Source of the DNA: Rhodanobacteraceae bacterium
GTDB taxonomy: Bacteria > Pseudomonadota > Gammaproteobacteria > Xanthomonadales > SZUA-5
Reading direction: 5' to 3'
NCBI GenBank assembly: GCA_031422315.1
Contig: JANOQN010000065.1
Location: 14 to 64,013 of the forward strand
Length of the DNA: 64,000 bases
The notes under the pieces are model-generated. The model was not told where the DNA came from. It ran no database searches and worked only from the letters and a program-made list of their open reading frames with translations. Each line of letters begins with the position of its first letter. Position 1 is the first letter of the stretch. The position numbers and the translations under genes were made by a program. Below, in pieces: positions 1 through 8,692 of this stretch.

Positions 1-33
1 TTTGATGCATTCGTTATTGCCTTGATTTCATCT

Positions 34-1970
34 GTGGCGCGACTGCTTTTTCCCCATCGCGGTAGGAACCTGCCTTACAGCAGGCCCCCCGCACAGATCC
101 CGGCGGGCGCAACTTACGCACCGGGCTCCTGCCTTGGATGTTTGACGAGAAAGCGCATATTTGGCCACGGGTGCAGAATGCGCGGCATCGGAAGCCAGTC
201 GGCGGCAAGCCGCTCGATGCGTTGCCACGTCATCTTGTCCTTTTGGCTACGCCGCTTTAGCGCGCGCCGCCATAAGTCCACTACGAAGTGACGAAAAGCG
301 TCGAGGCGCCTTGAGTTGGTAGGTACCGCATGATATTGAAAATAGCCACCTACCACTTGGCCTAACCACTTCCCTTGCTCTGGAATTGTCCAGTGCCAGC
401 GCTTGCGCAAAGTTTGTTTGACTTTGCGCAGCGCAGTACGCATCCGATCCCGTCGTGTGTGACGTTGCAGTTGGAAATTGCCATGACGATCCACGCTACT
501 GATATGCGTGAAGCCTAAGAAGTTAAACGTCTCGGCTTTACGCTCCCCTTGCTGACGGCGATACGCATTCGCATATCGACCAAAAGCAATCAGTCGTGTT
601 TTCTCTGGGTGCAGTTCTAGTCCAAACCTTTGCAGCCGCTCGCGCATTGCCGCCAAGAAGCGTTCTGCATCCTTTTGATACTGAAAACCCACCACAATGT
701 CGTCGGCATAGCGAACCATCGTCACCTTGCCTGTCGCGTGTCGTCCTCGCCACTGATGTGCCCATAAATCGAACACATAGTGCAAGTACACATTCGCCAG
801 CAAAGGTGAGATCACCGCGCCTTGCGGCGTGCCTTCGTTCGTTTCCTGATATTCCCCTGCGTCCATCACGCCCGCTTTGAGCCATTTCTGGATTAGCCTC
901 AGTATCCGTGGATCGGTGATCCGGTGGGCCACGAACTGCATCAGCCAATCGTGATTTACCGTGTCAAAGAACTTCGATACATCCGCATCCAGTATCCAAT
1001 TAACGTTGCGACTGCTGATTCCAACCGCTAATGCATCGAGCGCGTCATGCTGACCGCGCCCAGGCCGGAAACCATACGAAAACCCCAAAAAATCCTTCTC
1101 GTAAATCGCATTCAATACCTCGACCACGGCGCGCTGAACGATCTTGTCTTCCAGCGCCGCAATCCCAAGTGGCCGCAATTTTCCATCGGCTTTGGGTATG
1201 TACTTGCGTTTGGAAGGCAGTGCCCGATAGCCGCCACGGTGTAAGCGCTGGTGCAAATCTGCCAGTTGCTCTTCTTGAGTAGCTTCGTAGTCTTTCCACG
1301 TCACCCCATCAATCCCAGATGCTGCATCTCGCTTTAACCACGAAAATGCGAGCCCCAATACTTCAGGTGTGATGTAGTGCAGTAATGACGTAAATCGCTC
1401 TGTTTTATGGCTTTTTGCTCTCTCCCGTACACGATCCAATCGCTGGGACAAACTTTCCCGACTCAGCGTTCGGTGCTTGCTCGATTGACTCGTGTTCTCC
1501 TTGGCCCCAGGCCTTCGCTCCATCGTCTCCGCATTTGCTTGCGCAAACTTGTTCGCCGACTTCATCGCTACTATGCCCAAGTCTGACTTCTCCTGCCCGT
1601 GCATCATTGGCTTCGGCTCCTCGCCTTCCCAATGCGGACCGTTTGATTTACATCAACGCGGTCAGGCGGGAGATCTCCCGGCTCCCGTACAAAGCGCTTA
1701 CCGACATGCCAGGGTCTGCGACCACGCTGGACTGCACCGACACTCGCGATCACGCGCCGTTGCATGCTGTCTTCCGCTGAGTAAAAAGCGTCGACATCCA
1801 GATTAAGGTTTTTATCGCGGCTCAATGGCTGGCCTATCGGCACCCCTGTCAACGCTTCGCGCTGCACCTCACGGTTCAACTCGCATGACTCGGGGACAAA
1901 CATGGTTCGCTACTCCTTTTGTTGTGGGGGACTTTCACCCATTACGCTCTGCCGGTTTGTGCCGGCGCAC
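34..1970 (-). mobile_element. Group II intron, apparently full length (3' boundary approximate)
   Basis: The minus-strand 5' end reads GTGCGCCGGCACAAACCGGCAGAGCGTAATGGGTGAAAGTCCC from 1970 downward, which is the canonical GUGYG start. An RT/maturase ORF lies inside. Downstream of the ORF is a domain V-like hairpin GGGCCTGCT-GTAA-GGCAGGTTCC (plus 65-87, GNRA loop) and a short domain VI-like stem (about 38-60). The 3' end near 34 was placed by eye only. Confidence 0.8.
114..1607 (-). CDS. Group II intron-encoded reverse transcriptase/maturase
   Basis: 497-aa ORF with RT blocks (GIDGVTWKDY, PKADGKLRPLGI, FSYGFRPGRGQHDAL, TPQGAVISPLLANVYL, YADDIVVGF) and a C-terminal maturase/X-like region (..FRHFVVDLWRRALKRR..ILHPWPNMRF). 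No obvious En domain. The true start may be an internal Met (for example MERRPG). Confidence 0.93.
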   Translation of the reverse strand: MMHGQEKSDLGIVAMKSANKFAQANAETMERRPGAKENTSQSSKHRTLSRESLSQRLDRVRERAKSHKTERFTSLLHYITPEVLGLAFSWLKRDAASGIDGVTWKDYEATQEEQLADLHQRLHRGGYRALPSKRKYIPKADGKLRPLGIAALEDKIVQRAVVEVLNAIYEKDFLGFSYGFRPGRGQHDALDALAVGISSRNVNWILDADVSKFFDTVNHDWLMQFVAHRITDPRILRLIQKWLKAGVMDAGEYQETNEGTPQGAVISPLLANVYLHYVFDLWAHQWRGRHATGKVTMVRYADDIVVGFQYQKDAERFLAAMRERLQRFGLELHPEKTRLIAFGRYANAYRRQQGERKAETFNFLGFTHISSVDRHGNFQLQRHTRRDRMRTALRKVKQTLRKRWHWTIPEQGKWLGQVVGGYFQYHAVPTNSRRLDAFRHFVVDLWRRALKRRSQKDKMTWQRIERLAADWLPMPRILHPWPNMRFLVKHPRQEPGA

Positions 1971-2837
1971 CTACTCAAAGCCATTTTTAAATATGGCGTC
2001 GAGCTGCACGACTGGGCTTGCTGTTAGATAGGTTACTACCGTTGCGCTGGTGGCTGCAGCATTTAAGTCCACAGCGAAGGCAGACGAGGGGTCAGATGGG
2101 CTTTCAAATATCTTGTAGGCGGTAATTGCCGGCAGTCTTGGATCCGAAGTGGTGACTAAAATATTGTCTAAAATTCCGCTGACGCTAAACACCTCGCGCG
2201 TTGAGCTGATAATGTTGGAAAACAATGGTGAAAAATCGCGCATCACCCAGCCTGCGTAGCTGGCGTTTACCAGCGTCGATTGCGCAATCCCATGAGAGAT
2301 GCCGCTGGTGCTGACACTTTGATCTTCGGTGTAGTACTGAAGATTGAAATTCGGTGTGCCCGGATCAATCAATCCGGCGCGGTCGATCACGCTGCCGTCC
2401 AGTAGGTTGATGAAGCGCACGGCGCCGAAAGGCGCTGTACTGCTGAAGGTGATTTTATTTTCAAAGCGCTGTGGCCCGCTAAGCCGCGCTTCGGAAACCC
2501 AAGAAATAGGGCCGTTGGGTCCGCTCACCGTGCCGGTAGAGCGCACCGTTTGGGTTTGCGCAATGAAGACAATCGAATCGCTTGAGCGAAATAATTCCAC
2601 GGCACCACCAACCGCCCCAAGCTGCAAGAAGGGTATGAACCCGTCCACCAGGTCATAGTTTGACGTCACTGAGGGGATGGGGAACACCGCAGCAAAATTG
2701 GTTCCGCCGCCGTTTTCCACCGAGAGTTCAAATCTACCCGGGCCGCTGACGTTATTGTTTATCTGTATCGAGCCGGCAAACGCCGCATTGGGCATCAGGC
2801 AAAGCAGAGAAAGTGCGATCATTGTGGGGTGTTTCAT
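1971..2837 (-). CDS. Secreted hypothetical protein with C-terminal FKNGFE tail
   Basis: 288-aa ORF with an N-terminal signal peptide MKHPTMIALSLLCLMPNAAFA. It ends ..LDAIFKNGFE*. Its TAG stop (1971-1973) abuts the intron 5' end. Confidence 0.75.
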   Translation of the reverse strand: MKHPTMIALSLLCLMPNAAFAGSIQINNNVSGPGRFELSVENGGGTNFAAVFPIPSVTSNYDLVDGFIPFLQLGAVGGAVELFRSSDSIVFIAQTQTVRSTGTVSGPNGPISWVSEARLSGPQRFENKITFSSTAPFGAVRFINLLDGSVIDRAGLIDPGTPNFNLQYYTEDQSVSTSGISHGIAQSTLVNASYAGWVMRDFSPLFSNIISSTREVFSVSGILDNILVTTSDPRLPAITAYKIFESPSDPSSAFAVDLNAAATSATVVTYLTASPVVQLDAIFKNGFE

Positions 2838-2974
2838 GGCGTGCTCCGGCTGAAAGTCATTGGGTTGCGCAGAGGATTTGCCCTGCTCATCGACTTGAAC
2901 GAAATTTCCAGGCGTTTTGAACAGGCTCTCAGATAAAAGGTACAGTGATGTTTAGCTTGGAAATATTTGACTTT

Positions 2975-3030
2975 CTCGTTTGCCAAGGCAAACAAGTGTT
3001 TGATTGCCTCGTTTGCCAAGGCAAACAAGT
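2975..3030. promoter_or_regulatory. Two tandem copies (33-bp period) of a 23-bp palindromic motif upstream of the ECF sigma gene
   Basis: CTCGTTTGCCAAGGCAAACAAGT occurs at 2975-2997 and again at 3008-3030. Each copy has 10-nt inverted arms (CTCGTTTGCC / GGCAAACAAG, one mismatch). The motif lies immediately 5' of the candidate start codons 3036/3048. A 20/22-identical copy is at 62607-62628. Confidence 0.5.
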
Positions 3031-3035
3031 TCGCT

Positions 3036-3569
3036 ATGAAAATCGCTATGTCACCTAGCGCGCCGACGCCCGATGCGGAACTGTTCGAGTCGCTGTATGT
3101 GGAGCTAAAAGCCCGCGCCCAAAGTTTGCGCAGGCGTTTTGACGCACCCACGCTCAACACCACGGCCATCGTGCATGAGGCCTTCCTTAAGCTGGCAGAA
3201 AGCAAGCACCAAAGCGTTGATCGCGCACATTTGCTGCGCACCGCAGCGCTGGCTATGCGACAGATCCTGTTGGATCACGCGCGCGCATGGCAGGCACAAA
3301 AGCGCGGTGATCGAAAGCTTACGCACATCACGCTGACCGATCTGGAGCTGCAGGGCGAGAACGCGCCAGATCAGCTGTTCGAAATGCTTCAGGCATTGGA
3401 TCGACTGCAGCAAGTCGATGCTCGCTGCCACGAAACCTTTTTACTGCGCACCTTCGCTGGCCTTTCTTTAGAAGAAATTGGGCAAATGCAGGGCGTGTCG
3501 CACATGACGTGTTCTAGAGATCACCAAACTGCACGTGCCTATTTGCTGAGTGCGATGGATCCGGGTTGA
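3036..3569 (+). CDS. ECF-type RNA polymerase sigma factor (PF07638 / TIGR02999-like), with no adjacent kinase
   Basis: The translation ..LFESLYVELKARAQSLRRR..TAIVHEAFLKLAESK..LRTAALAMRQILLDHARAWQAQKRG..LSLEEIGQMQGVS.. parallels the sigma at 37927-38475 block by block. The start is uncertain (3036 or 3048). The ORF-track start 2967 runs through the palindromic repeats. Confidence 0.8.
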   Translation: MKIAMSPSAPTPDAELFESLYVELKARAQSLRRRFDAPTLNTTAIVHEAFLKLAESKHQSVDRAHLLRTAALAMRQILLDHARAWQAQKRGDRKLTHITLTDLELQGENAPDQLFEMLQALDRLQQVDARCHETFLLRTFAGLSLEEIGQMQGVSHMTCSRDHQTARAYLLSAMDPG

Positions 3570-3705
3570 GGAATGCACTGACTGCTGACGACTCCTGCCT
3601 GTAATTGGCGCGCAGATTTCCACAGGACATTCAATGAACCGAGCTTCAAAGATTTTCACCTTCGCTTAGCAAGCAATTTTTCTGAGCGCGCCGGTTTTTG
3701 CCGCG

Positions 3706-4585
3706 ATGGAGTCCGATGGCGTGGTAGCGGACGGGGCTGCATTAAGGACGACGTTATCGACGATTCGAATGATTGCTTGCCGGGCGGCACCCACGACCTC
3801 ACGAGATCCCAGAAAGATCCGCCGACGCCTAGCAGCCCGACACCGACACCGACACAAACGCCAGCACCAACACCTGAAGACACACCGCAGACCCAACACG
3901 ACGCGGGTGGCGACCCCGCCGCCGAAACGCCCGACTCGGCTGAGCCCGAAGCAGCTAGCGATGAAGGCAGTGAAGCCGCCGACGAAAGCGAAGAATCTGC
4001 AGACGAAAGCGAAGATTCGACCGCCGAGGGCGTAGGTTCCGATGAGGAAGATTCGACCGCCGACGGCTTAGGTTCCGATGACGAAGATTCAAACGACGAA
4101 TTGCGAAAAAGAATTTCGAAGGATTACCGGCGGCGAGCAGCTGTGCGAAGGAACGCCTGAACAGATTCGCCAAAAAGAGCAGCGGCTCGACGGATGGCTC
4201 GACGACATGAAGCGTGTACGAGAACAGCAGCTCGCCTCATCGCTCGACGAGGAAAAGCGCCGTGCCGTCGCCGACCCTGTCACGCGGACCAAGCCTTTCC
4301 GAAACGTCGGAGCATCAGGTTTGTTCATAACGGCGGGTACCTCGCCGATTTTTACGTCTATTGGCAGTCGCCGTGTCGGCCGGGCAGTTGGGCTAGCGGG
4401 CGCAAAACTGGCGGCTCCGAATTTCTCGCCATCCTGAACTCTGCAACTAGCATAAAAATCCGAGCAACCAACATGAGTGGGATGGTGTGGGATTGATTTT
4501 TGAGCGCAACGAGTTGCAGCAGACTGGCGAGCGCTGTTTCAAGGTCTCTGGGAGCTCACTTAACCCTAAGGTGAGCGACTGTTAG
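3706..4585 (+). pseudogene. Frameshifted gene: Pro/Thr-rich and acidic linker plus a C-terminal domain resembling cholesterol-dependent-cytolysin domain 4
   Basis: Plausible coding signal hops frames. Frame 3 (3777-4160) gives PTPTPTQTPAPTPEDT..SDEGSEAADESEES... Frame 1 (4078-~4320) gives EQIRQKEQRLDGWLDDMKRVREQQ..KPFRNVGASG. Frame 3 (~4315-4496) gives FVHNGGYLADFYVYWQSP..SEFLAILNSATSIKIRATNMSGMVWD*. Frame 2 (4502-4585) gives ERNELQQTGERCFKVSGSSLNPKVSDC*. The last two pieces together resemble the ..AYVAQFEVAWDE..IRIKARECTGLAWEWWRDV..VSIWGTTLYPG.. layout of CDC domain 4. That comparison is from memory, not from a search. Confidence 0.45.
4011..4097 (+). repeat. 36-nt tandem repeat (about 2.4 copies) encoding an acidic EDSTA(E/D)G(V/L)GSD(E/D) unit
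   Basis: GAAGATTCGACCGCCGAGGGCGTAGGTTCCGATGAG (4011-4046), GAAGATTCGACCGCCGACGGCTTAGGTTCCGATGAC (4047-4082), then a partial GAAGATTCAAACGAC. Confidence 0.85.
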
Positions 4586-4671
4586 GGCAGCGGCGGAGGA
4601 ACACGCTGAACACGCACTAAGAAAAGCTTCGCGGTAAATCACCCACTTCGCACTGGTTTGCTTTGTGCTTC

Positions 4672-5640
4672 TCAAGGCTGTGCGGCCCTCGCTACTTTAC
4701 TTCCGGATTCCAGCGCCATGGCACCGTTATCGACTAGCGCGCCGGTCAGCGCTTTCGGCGTGTGTTTGCTTTTGCGGGAACCAAAGATGTGTGAATACGC
4801 CCAAGTGAACTCAGCGCCCATCAAAAATATCTGCGCCGAGTAATACACCCACACTAGCAAAGCCACCAAAGATCCAGCAGCACCAAATGTGCTGCCGACG
4901 CCGCTGCTACCAATGTAAAAGCCGATCAGAAATTTGCCAATGGTAAATAGCACAGCGGTGATCGCCGCACCAATCCACACCTCGTCCCAGCGCACTCGTA
5001 CCCTGGGCATAATTTTGTAGATCATGGCAAACATGCCGGTCGCCATGAAAAAACTGAAAATGAAATTGACGATATTCGCGGCAAATTCCCAGCCCGTGAA
5101 TAGCGGCCCCCACCACCTGGTGGTTGCAGATAAAGCAGCGCTAAAAACCAAAGACACCATCAGTAAGAAGCCAATGCCCAGAATCATGCCAAATGAAAGC
5201 AAACGTGCACGGATCAAATTCCATAAACCACTGCCTTCCCGCACCGGAGCGCGCCAGATTCGGTCTAGTGAATCTTGCAATTCGCCAAATACAGACGTTG
5301 CCCCAATCAGCAACAAAACTACGCCTATAACGGTTGCGGTAATGCCCTGCGCAGGTTTATTGACGCTTTCGAGTAAAGACTGCACCGCTAGTGCACTTTG
5401 GGCGCCCAATAGGCTTTGCAATTGCCCGGTAATTTCGCCTCGCGCGGCCTCTTCGCCGAAAACCATTCCAGCAATCGAGATGACAATGAGCAATAGCGGC
5501 GCGATCGAAAACAAGCTGTAATAGGCCAAAGCTGCGCCCATACTCTGCGCATAGTCATCGCTCCAAGATGATAATGCGGTTTTGACCAGCACCCAGGTTT
5601 CTTCAATGGTTATTTTTATTCTCTGCCTGTGCTTACTCAC
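4672..5640 (-). CDS. YihY/BrkB (virulence factor BrkB / RNase BN-like) family inner-membrane protein
   Basis: 322 aa. Contains the N-terminal signature ..SWSDDYAQSMGAALAYYSLFSIAPLLLIVISIAG.. and multiple transmembrane segments. Confidence 0.9.
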   Translation of the reverse strand: MSKHRQRIKITIEETWVLVKTALSSWSDDYAQSMGAALAYYSLFSIAPLLLIVISIAGMVFGEEAARGEITGQLQSLLGAQSALAVQSLLESVNKPAQGITATVIGVVLLLIGATSVFGELQDSLDRIWRAPVREGSGLWNLIRARLLSFGMILGIGFLLMVSLVFSAALSATTRWWGPLFTGWEFAANIVNFIFSFFMATGMFAMIYKIMPRVRVRWDEVWIGAAITAVLFTIGKFLIGFYIGSSGVGSTFGAAGSLVALLVWVYYSAQIFLMGAEFTWAYSHIFGSRKSKHTPKALTGALVDNGAMALESGSKVARAAQP

Positions 5641-5778
5641 TACAAAATCCTGTGCGGCTGCGCGCTAGGTGGCGCAATAAAACTACTACTTGGCGGTTGC
5701 TGTCTGTGCGCAAAGGAACTTTGGGTCGACGGCGCGTAGCAACTCTTGTAACCGAGCTGATCAGTCAAGCTGTCAATC

Positions 5779-6573
5779 TCACCGCGCGCATTGAATGACC
5801 ACCACCGCAATCGTGCTGGCATCATCAAAAACGACCGACTGCGGTAGGCCGCGCTGATAGCTATCGAGCGTGGTTTTCTTGGCGCCGCTGGCGTCGAAAA
5901 CTTCTTTGACCAAACCCGCTTGCGCGCCGGTGCTGTAGTAGTTGCGCTGCTGCATGAGCTTGTTAAACGCAAAGCGAAAGATAGGTAAGGCGGTAGCGGC
6001 ATCATATCCCGTCGTCTCAACTACATCGCTGCCGACGGTGACAAATTGCAGCTGGCCAATGACCCATATCGCCGTATCGTCGTAATAGCTCATGCTTTCC
6101 GTACGGCTAAAACCTAAGCTGCTGGCTCTGGTAGCGTTGGTCGCCCTGGCATAAGCATCAAAGCTATCCGCCGTCCAGTCAAACGTCGCGCCATCGCGTG
6201 CGATGCGGTGGCTGCGCTTTGGGCGCTGATACTCGGATACAAAGCCATCGCCACGATTGCGTAGGCTCCTACCCATCGGCGTGGCGAAGCTTTGCCCGAT
6301 TTACCCTAGCTGATAGCCGGTGGTTTCCACTTGCAGAATGTTGGTTTCACTGCTGCCACGCTCGACGCTGGTCAGCTTGCCTTCGTTATATCGATAGCTG
6401 TTGCCAAATTTATAGCGCCGATAATCATTATCTGGCCCTTGCACCACGGCGGTTACCGAGCTCGCGCAGCTATTGAATACGCAGACCGGCTCAGCGCAGG
6501 TCAAGCTGTTGCAAGTAGGGCAAAAACTAGAGTCGACGCCCACAAACGCTTTTTCCGCTTTTTGGCTAAAAAG
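5779..6573 (-). pseudogene. Gene fragment of unknown family interrupted by an in-frame TAA
   Basis: ORFs 6301-6543 and 5779-6276 are in the same minus-strand frame and are separated only by the TAA at 6301-6303 (..VETTGYQLG*IGQSFATPMGRSL..). The frame opens just after a stop at 6574-6576, with no credible N-terminus or signal peptide. An AT-rich stretch at 6545-6670 lies upstream. Confidence 0.5.
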
Positions 6574-6673
6574 TTATTTTCCGTTAATTGACGAATCTAA
6601 AGAAGCTATTTTATTCAATTTTCGATGCCTTCATTACCGACGAAGCCCCCAACCACAATAGCTGTCCGCACCA

Positions 6674-7987
6674 TCAAGCCTTCAACTTCGCCAAAATACT
6701 CGCCCTGGCCTCTCGCAGGATCGAATCTCGATCAATGCCCTCAAGAATTTCACTGACCACGCGCTTGGGGCCAAGTTCGCCCCAGCTTTTGCCGTTTTGC
6801 AAGTAGCGCTCGGCGGCGCGTCCGGTCAGTGTAGTAGCGTAATAGGCCAGTGCGCCTTGGGCACCGGCGGTTAGCGCAGTTGACAGGCCCACGCTCAAAC
6901 CTTTCAATGCGCTGGCGACCAGATGAACGCCCCAAATTGCGCCCATCAGCACCGCTAGCTGCGCACAAATGGTGCCGATTAGCTGGCCGGCTTCGGTTTT
7001 AGTCAGCGGCAAGCCATACACGCGGCTCAAATGCAGCACCAGTGCAATATCAATGCCGGCAGCCGCTAATAAATCAGCAATCGGAATCGGGTTGAGCCCC
7101 ACCGCAACGCCTTTGGTTAGGCTGTAGGTATGCACCAGCTTAGCCGCCACATCGGCCCTAATTTCAACCATGCGCAAGCCAAGCCGATCGGTCATGGCGC
7201 TCGCCATCAAGCTGGCATTGAGCGCTGAAATCGCGCGCCCATCGCGCCCGAGTAGCGCATTCAGGCTATCCGTTAGTGCCGACAAATCGGGTGCCAGCAC
7301 GCGGCGCTCCTCGAATTCTTTGCCGTTTGCATCTACGCGAATGACAATCCGTGCGCGCGGTTTGGCCGACACGCTCAACACACGATCAGGGCCAAGCAAG
7401 CCCTGCACGCGTTCGCGTAATCGATTAAGTAGATCGGTTTTTTCTGATTCGGTATAGCGATCAGATTTATTTAATACCAACACCAGCGGCCGTACAGGAT
7501 CGATCAGCGTTTTCAGCGCGCTAAGCTCGGTTTCAGTGATATCACCTTCCACGACAAAGATCACCAAATCGACTCTTTGCGCCGCTGAAAACGCGCTCAT
7601 TTCACGCGCTTCGCCGCCTAGCTCATCAATACCTGGCGTATCGATCAAATGCAGCATGCCCGCTTGGGTTGACTGCCATACTTCTTGCTCAGCGCGCGTG
7701 GTGGTGCCGTGTAGCACGCCAACGGTGAACTCATCACGCCCCAAAAGACCGTTCAACAGCGCACTTTTGCCAACGCTGACACGCCCAAAAACCGCGATGT
7801 GGATTTCATCATTGCGAAGCTTAGCCAGCGTGCGCGCCAGCTCAGCGAATTCGGGCTGCATCAGCTCGCGTACCTCCACTGGAATCTCTGGATCATCCAG
7901 CAGCCTGCTCAGGCTTAATAATGCGCGCTGGCGTGGATCATCGACACTCGCGTTCGCTGCGCTGCTCATTTGCCAAGGCTCATTCAT
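6674..7987 (-). CDS. GTP-binding protein (MMR_HSR1-type G domain) with a C-terminal DUF697-like membrane domain
   Basis: P-loop GRVSVGKSALLNGLLG, then ..TTTRAE.., DTPGIDE and NKSD motifs. The C-terminal half (..LNPIPIADLLAAAGIDIALVLHLSRVYGLPL..) is hydrophobic, as in YcjF/DUF697 proteins. Confidence 0.85.
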   Translation of the reverse strand: MNEPWQMSSAANASVDDPRQRALLSLSRLLDDPEIPVEVRELMQPEFAELARTLAKLRNDEIHIAVFGRVSVGKSALLNGLLGRDEFTVGVLHGTTTRAEQEVWQSTQAGMLHLIDTPGIDELGGEAREMSAFSAAQRVDLVIFVVEGDITETELSALKTLIDPVRPLVLVLNKSDRYTESEKTDLLNRLRERVQGLLGPDRVLSVSAKPRARIVIRVDANGKEFEERRVLAPDLSALTDSLNALLGRDGRAISALNASLMASAMTDRLGLRMVEIRADVAAKLVHTYSLTKGVAVGLNPIPIADLLAAAGIDIALVLHLSRVYGLPLTKTEAGQLIGTICAQLAVLMGAIWGVHLVASALKGLSVGLSTALTAGAQGALAYYATTLTGRAAERYLQNGKSWGELGPKRVVSEILEGIDRDSILREARASILAKLKA

Positions 7988-7999
7988 GCAGTTAGCGCC

Positions 8000-8620
8000 C
8001 TATTTTCTTGCCGGTTTGAATTCAGGGTCAAGCGCGGCTTCAACTTCAATCCACAGTTCAACCTCATCGCCAATCATTTCGCTTGCGTAGTCCATACCAA
8101 AACTCGATCGTTTAAGCGTGCCGCGCGCAGAAAACCCAATCATGGCGCGCGGCAGCATCGGGTGCATGCCTGATTTATTCAGCGTGTAATCTAGCGTGAT
8201 TTTGCGTTGCGCGCCCAAAATCGTAATGAGCGCATCGAATTGGCCTTTGTTGGCCTCACTGGAACGCACCTCGGTCGATTTGAACAAGATTGACTTGAAT
8301 CGTTTGACGTTGAAATAGCGTTTGCCTTGCATGGCTTTGTTCCATGCAGCATCGCCGAAATCGATTTTGCTGGCGTCGATTTCCACCTCAACCCGCGAAC
8401 GCTCAGGCGCGACAGAATCCCACCAGAGCTTGCCAGTGGGCCGAAGCGCTTGCCCGATTGATCTGGAAAATCCAGCGTGCTTAACTAGAAAAACGACGCG
8501 CGTGTGCACCGGATCAATCCGATAGCGGCGCAGTTCCGCGCTGACCGGGAGTGTAACGATCGTCACCAGCAACATCAGCGCAATCAACTGACAAATTTGG
8601 CTAAATTTTAGGGTTTTCAT
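8000..8620 (-). CDS. YceI family (polyisoprenoid-binding-like) periplasmic protein
   Basis: Signal peptide followed by the [26 protein letters not shown].. YceI-type N-terminal motif. 206 aa. Confidence 0.85.
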   Translation of the reverse strand: MKTLKFSQICQLIALMLLVTIVTLPVSAELRRYRIDPVHTRVVFLVKHAGFSRSIGQALRPTGKLWWDSVAPERSRVEVEIDASKIDFGDAAWNKAMQGKRYFNVKRFKSILFKSTEVRSSEANKGQFDALITILGAQRKITLDYTLNKSGMHPMLPRAMIGFSARGTLKRSSFGMDYASEMIGDEVELWIEVEAALDPEFKPARK

Positions 8621-8692
8621 GGTTTACCGGGTGCTAGAGCATGCGCATACGGTAGCATTCGCGCCTTCCCTTTGCTGATTGACACGATAACT

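Noticed and set aside
114-1607. Considered whether the reverse transcriptase is a retron, DGR or defence-associated RT rather than a group II intron RT.
   Set aside because: A canonical GTGCG 5' end, a domain V-like GNRA hairpin 3' of the ORF, a maturase-type C-terminus and an overall ~1.9-kb length all fit a group II intron. No msr/msd-like inverted repeats and no template/variable repeat pair were seen.
3656-3899. Minus-strand ORFs (75 and 77 aa) opposite the PT-rich/acidic region.
   Set aside because: These are low-complexity mirror translations (GVGVGV.., RCRCR..) of a repetitive plus-strand coding segment.
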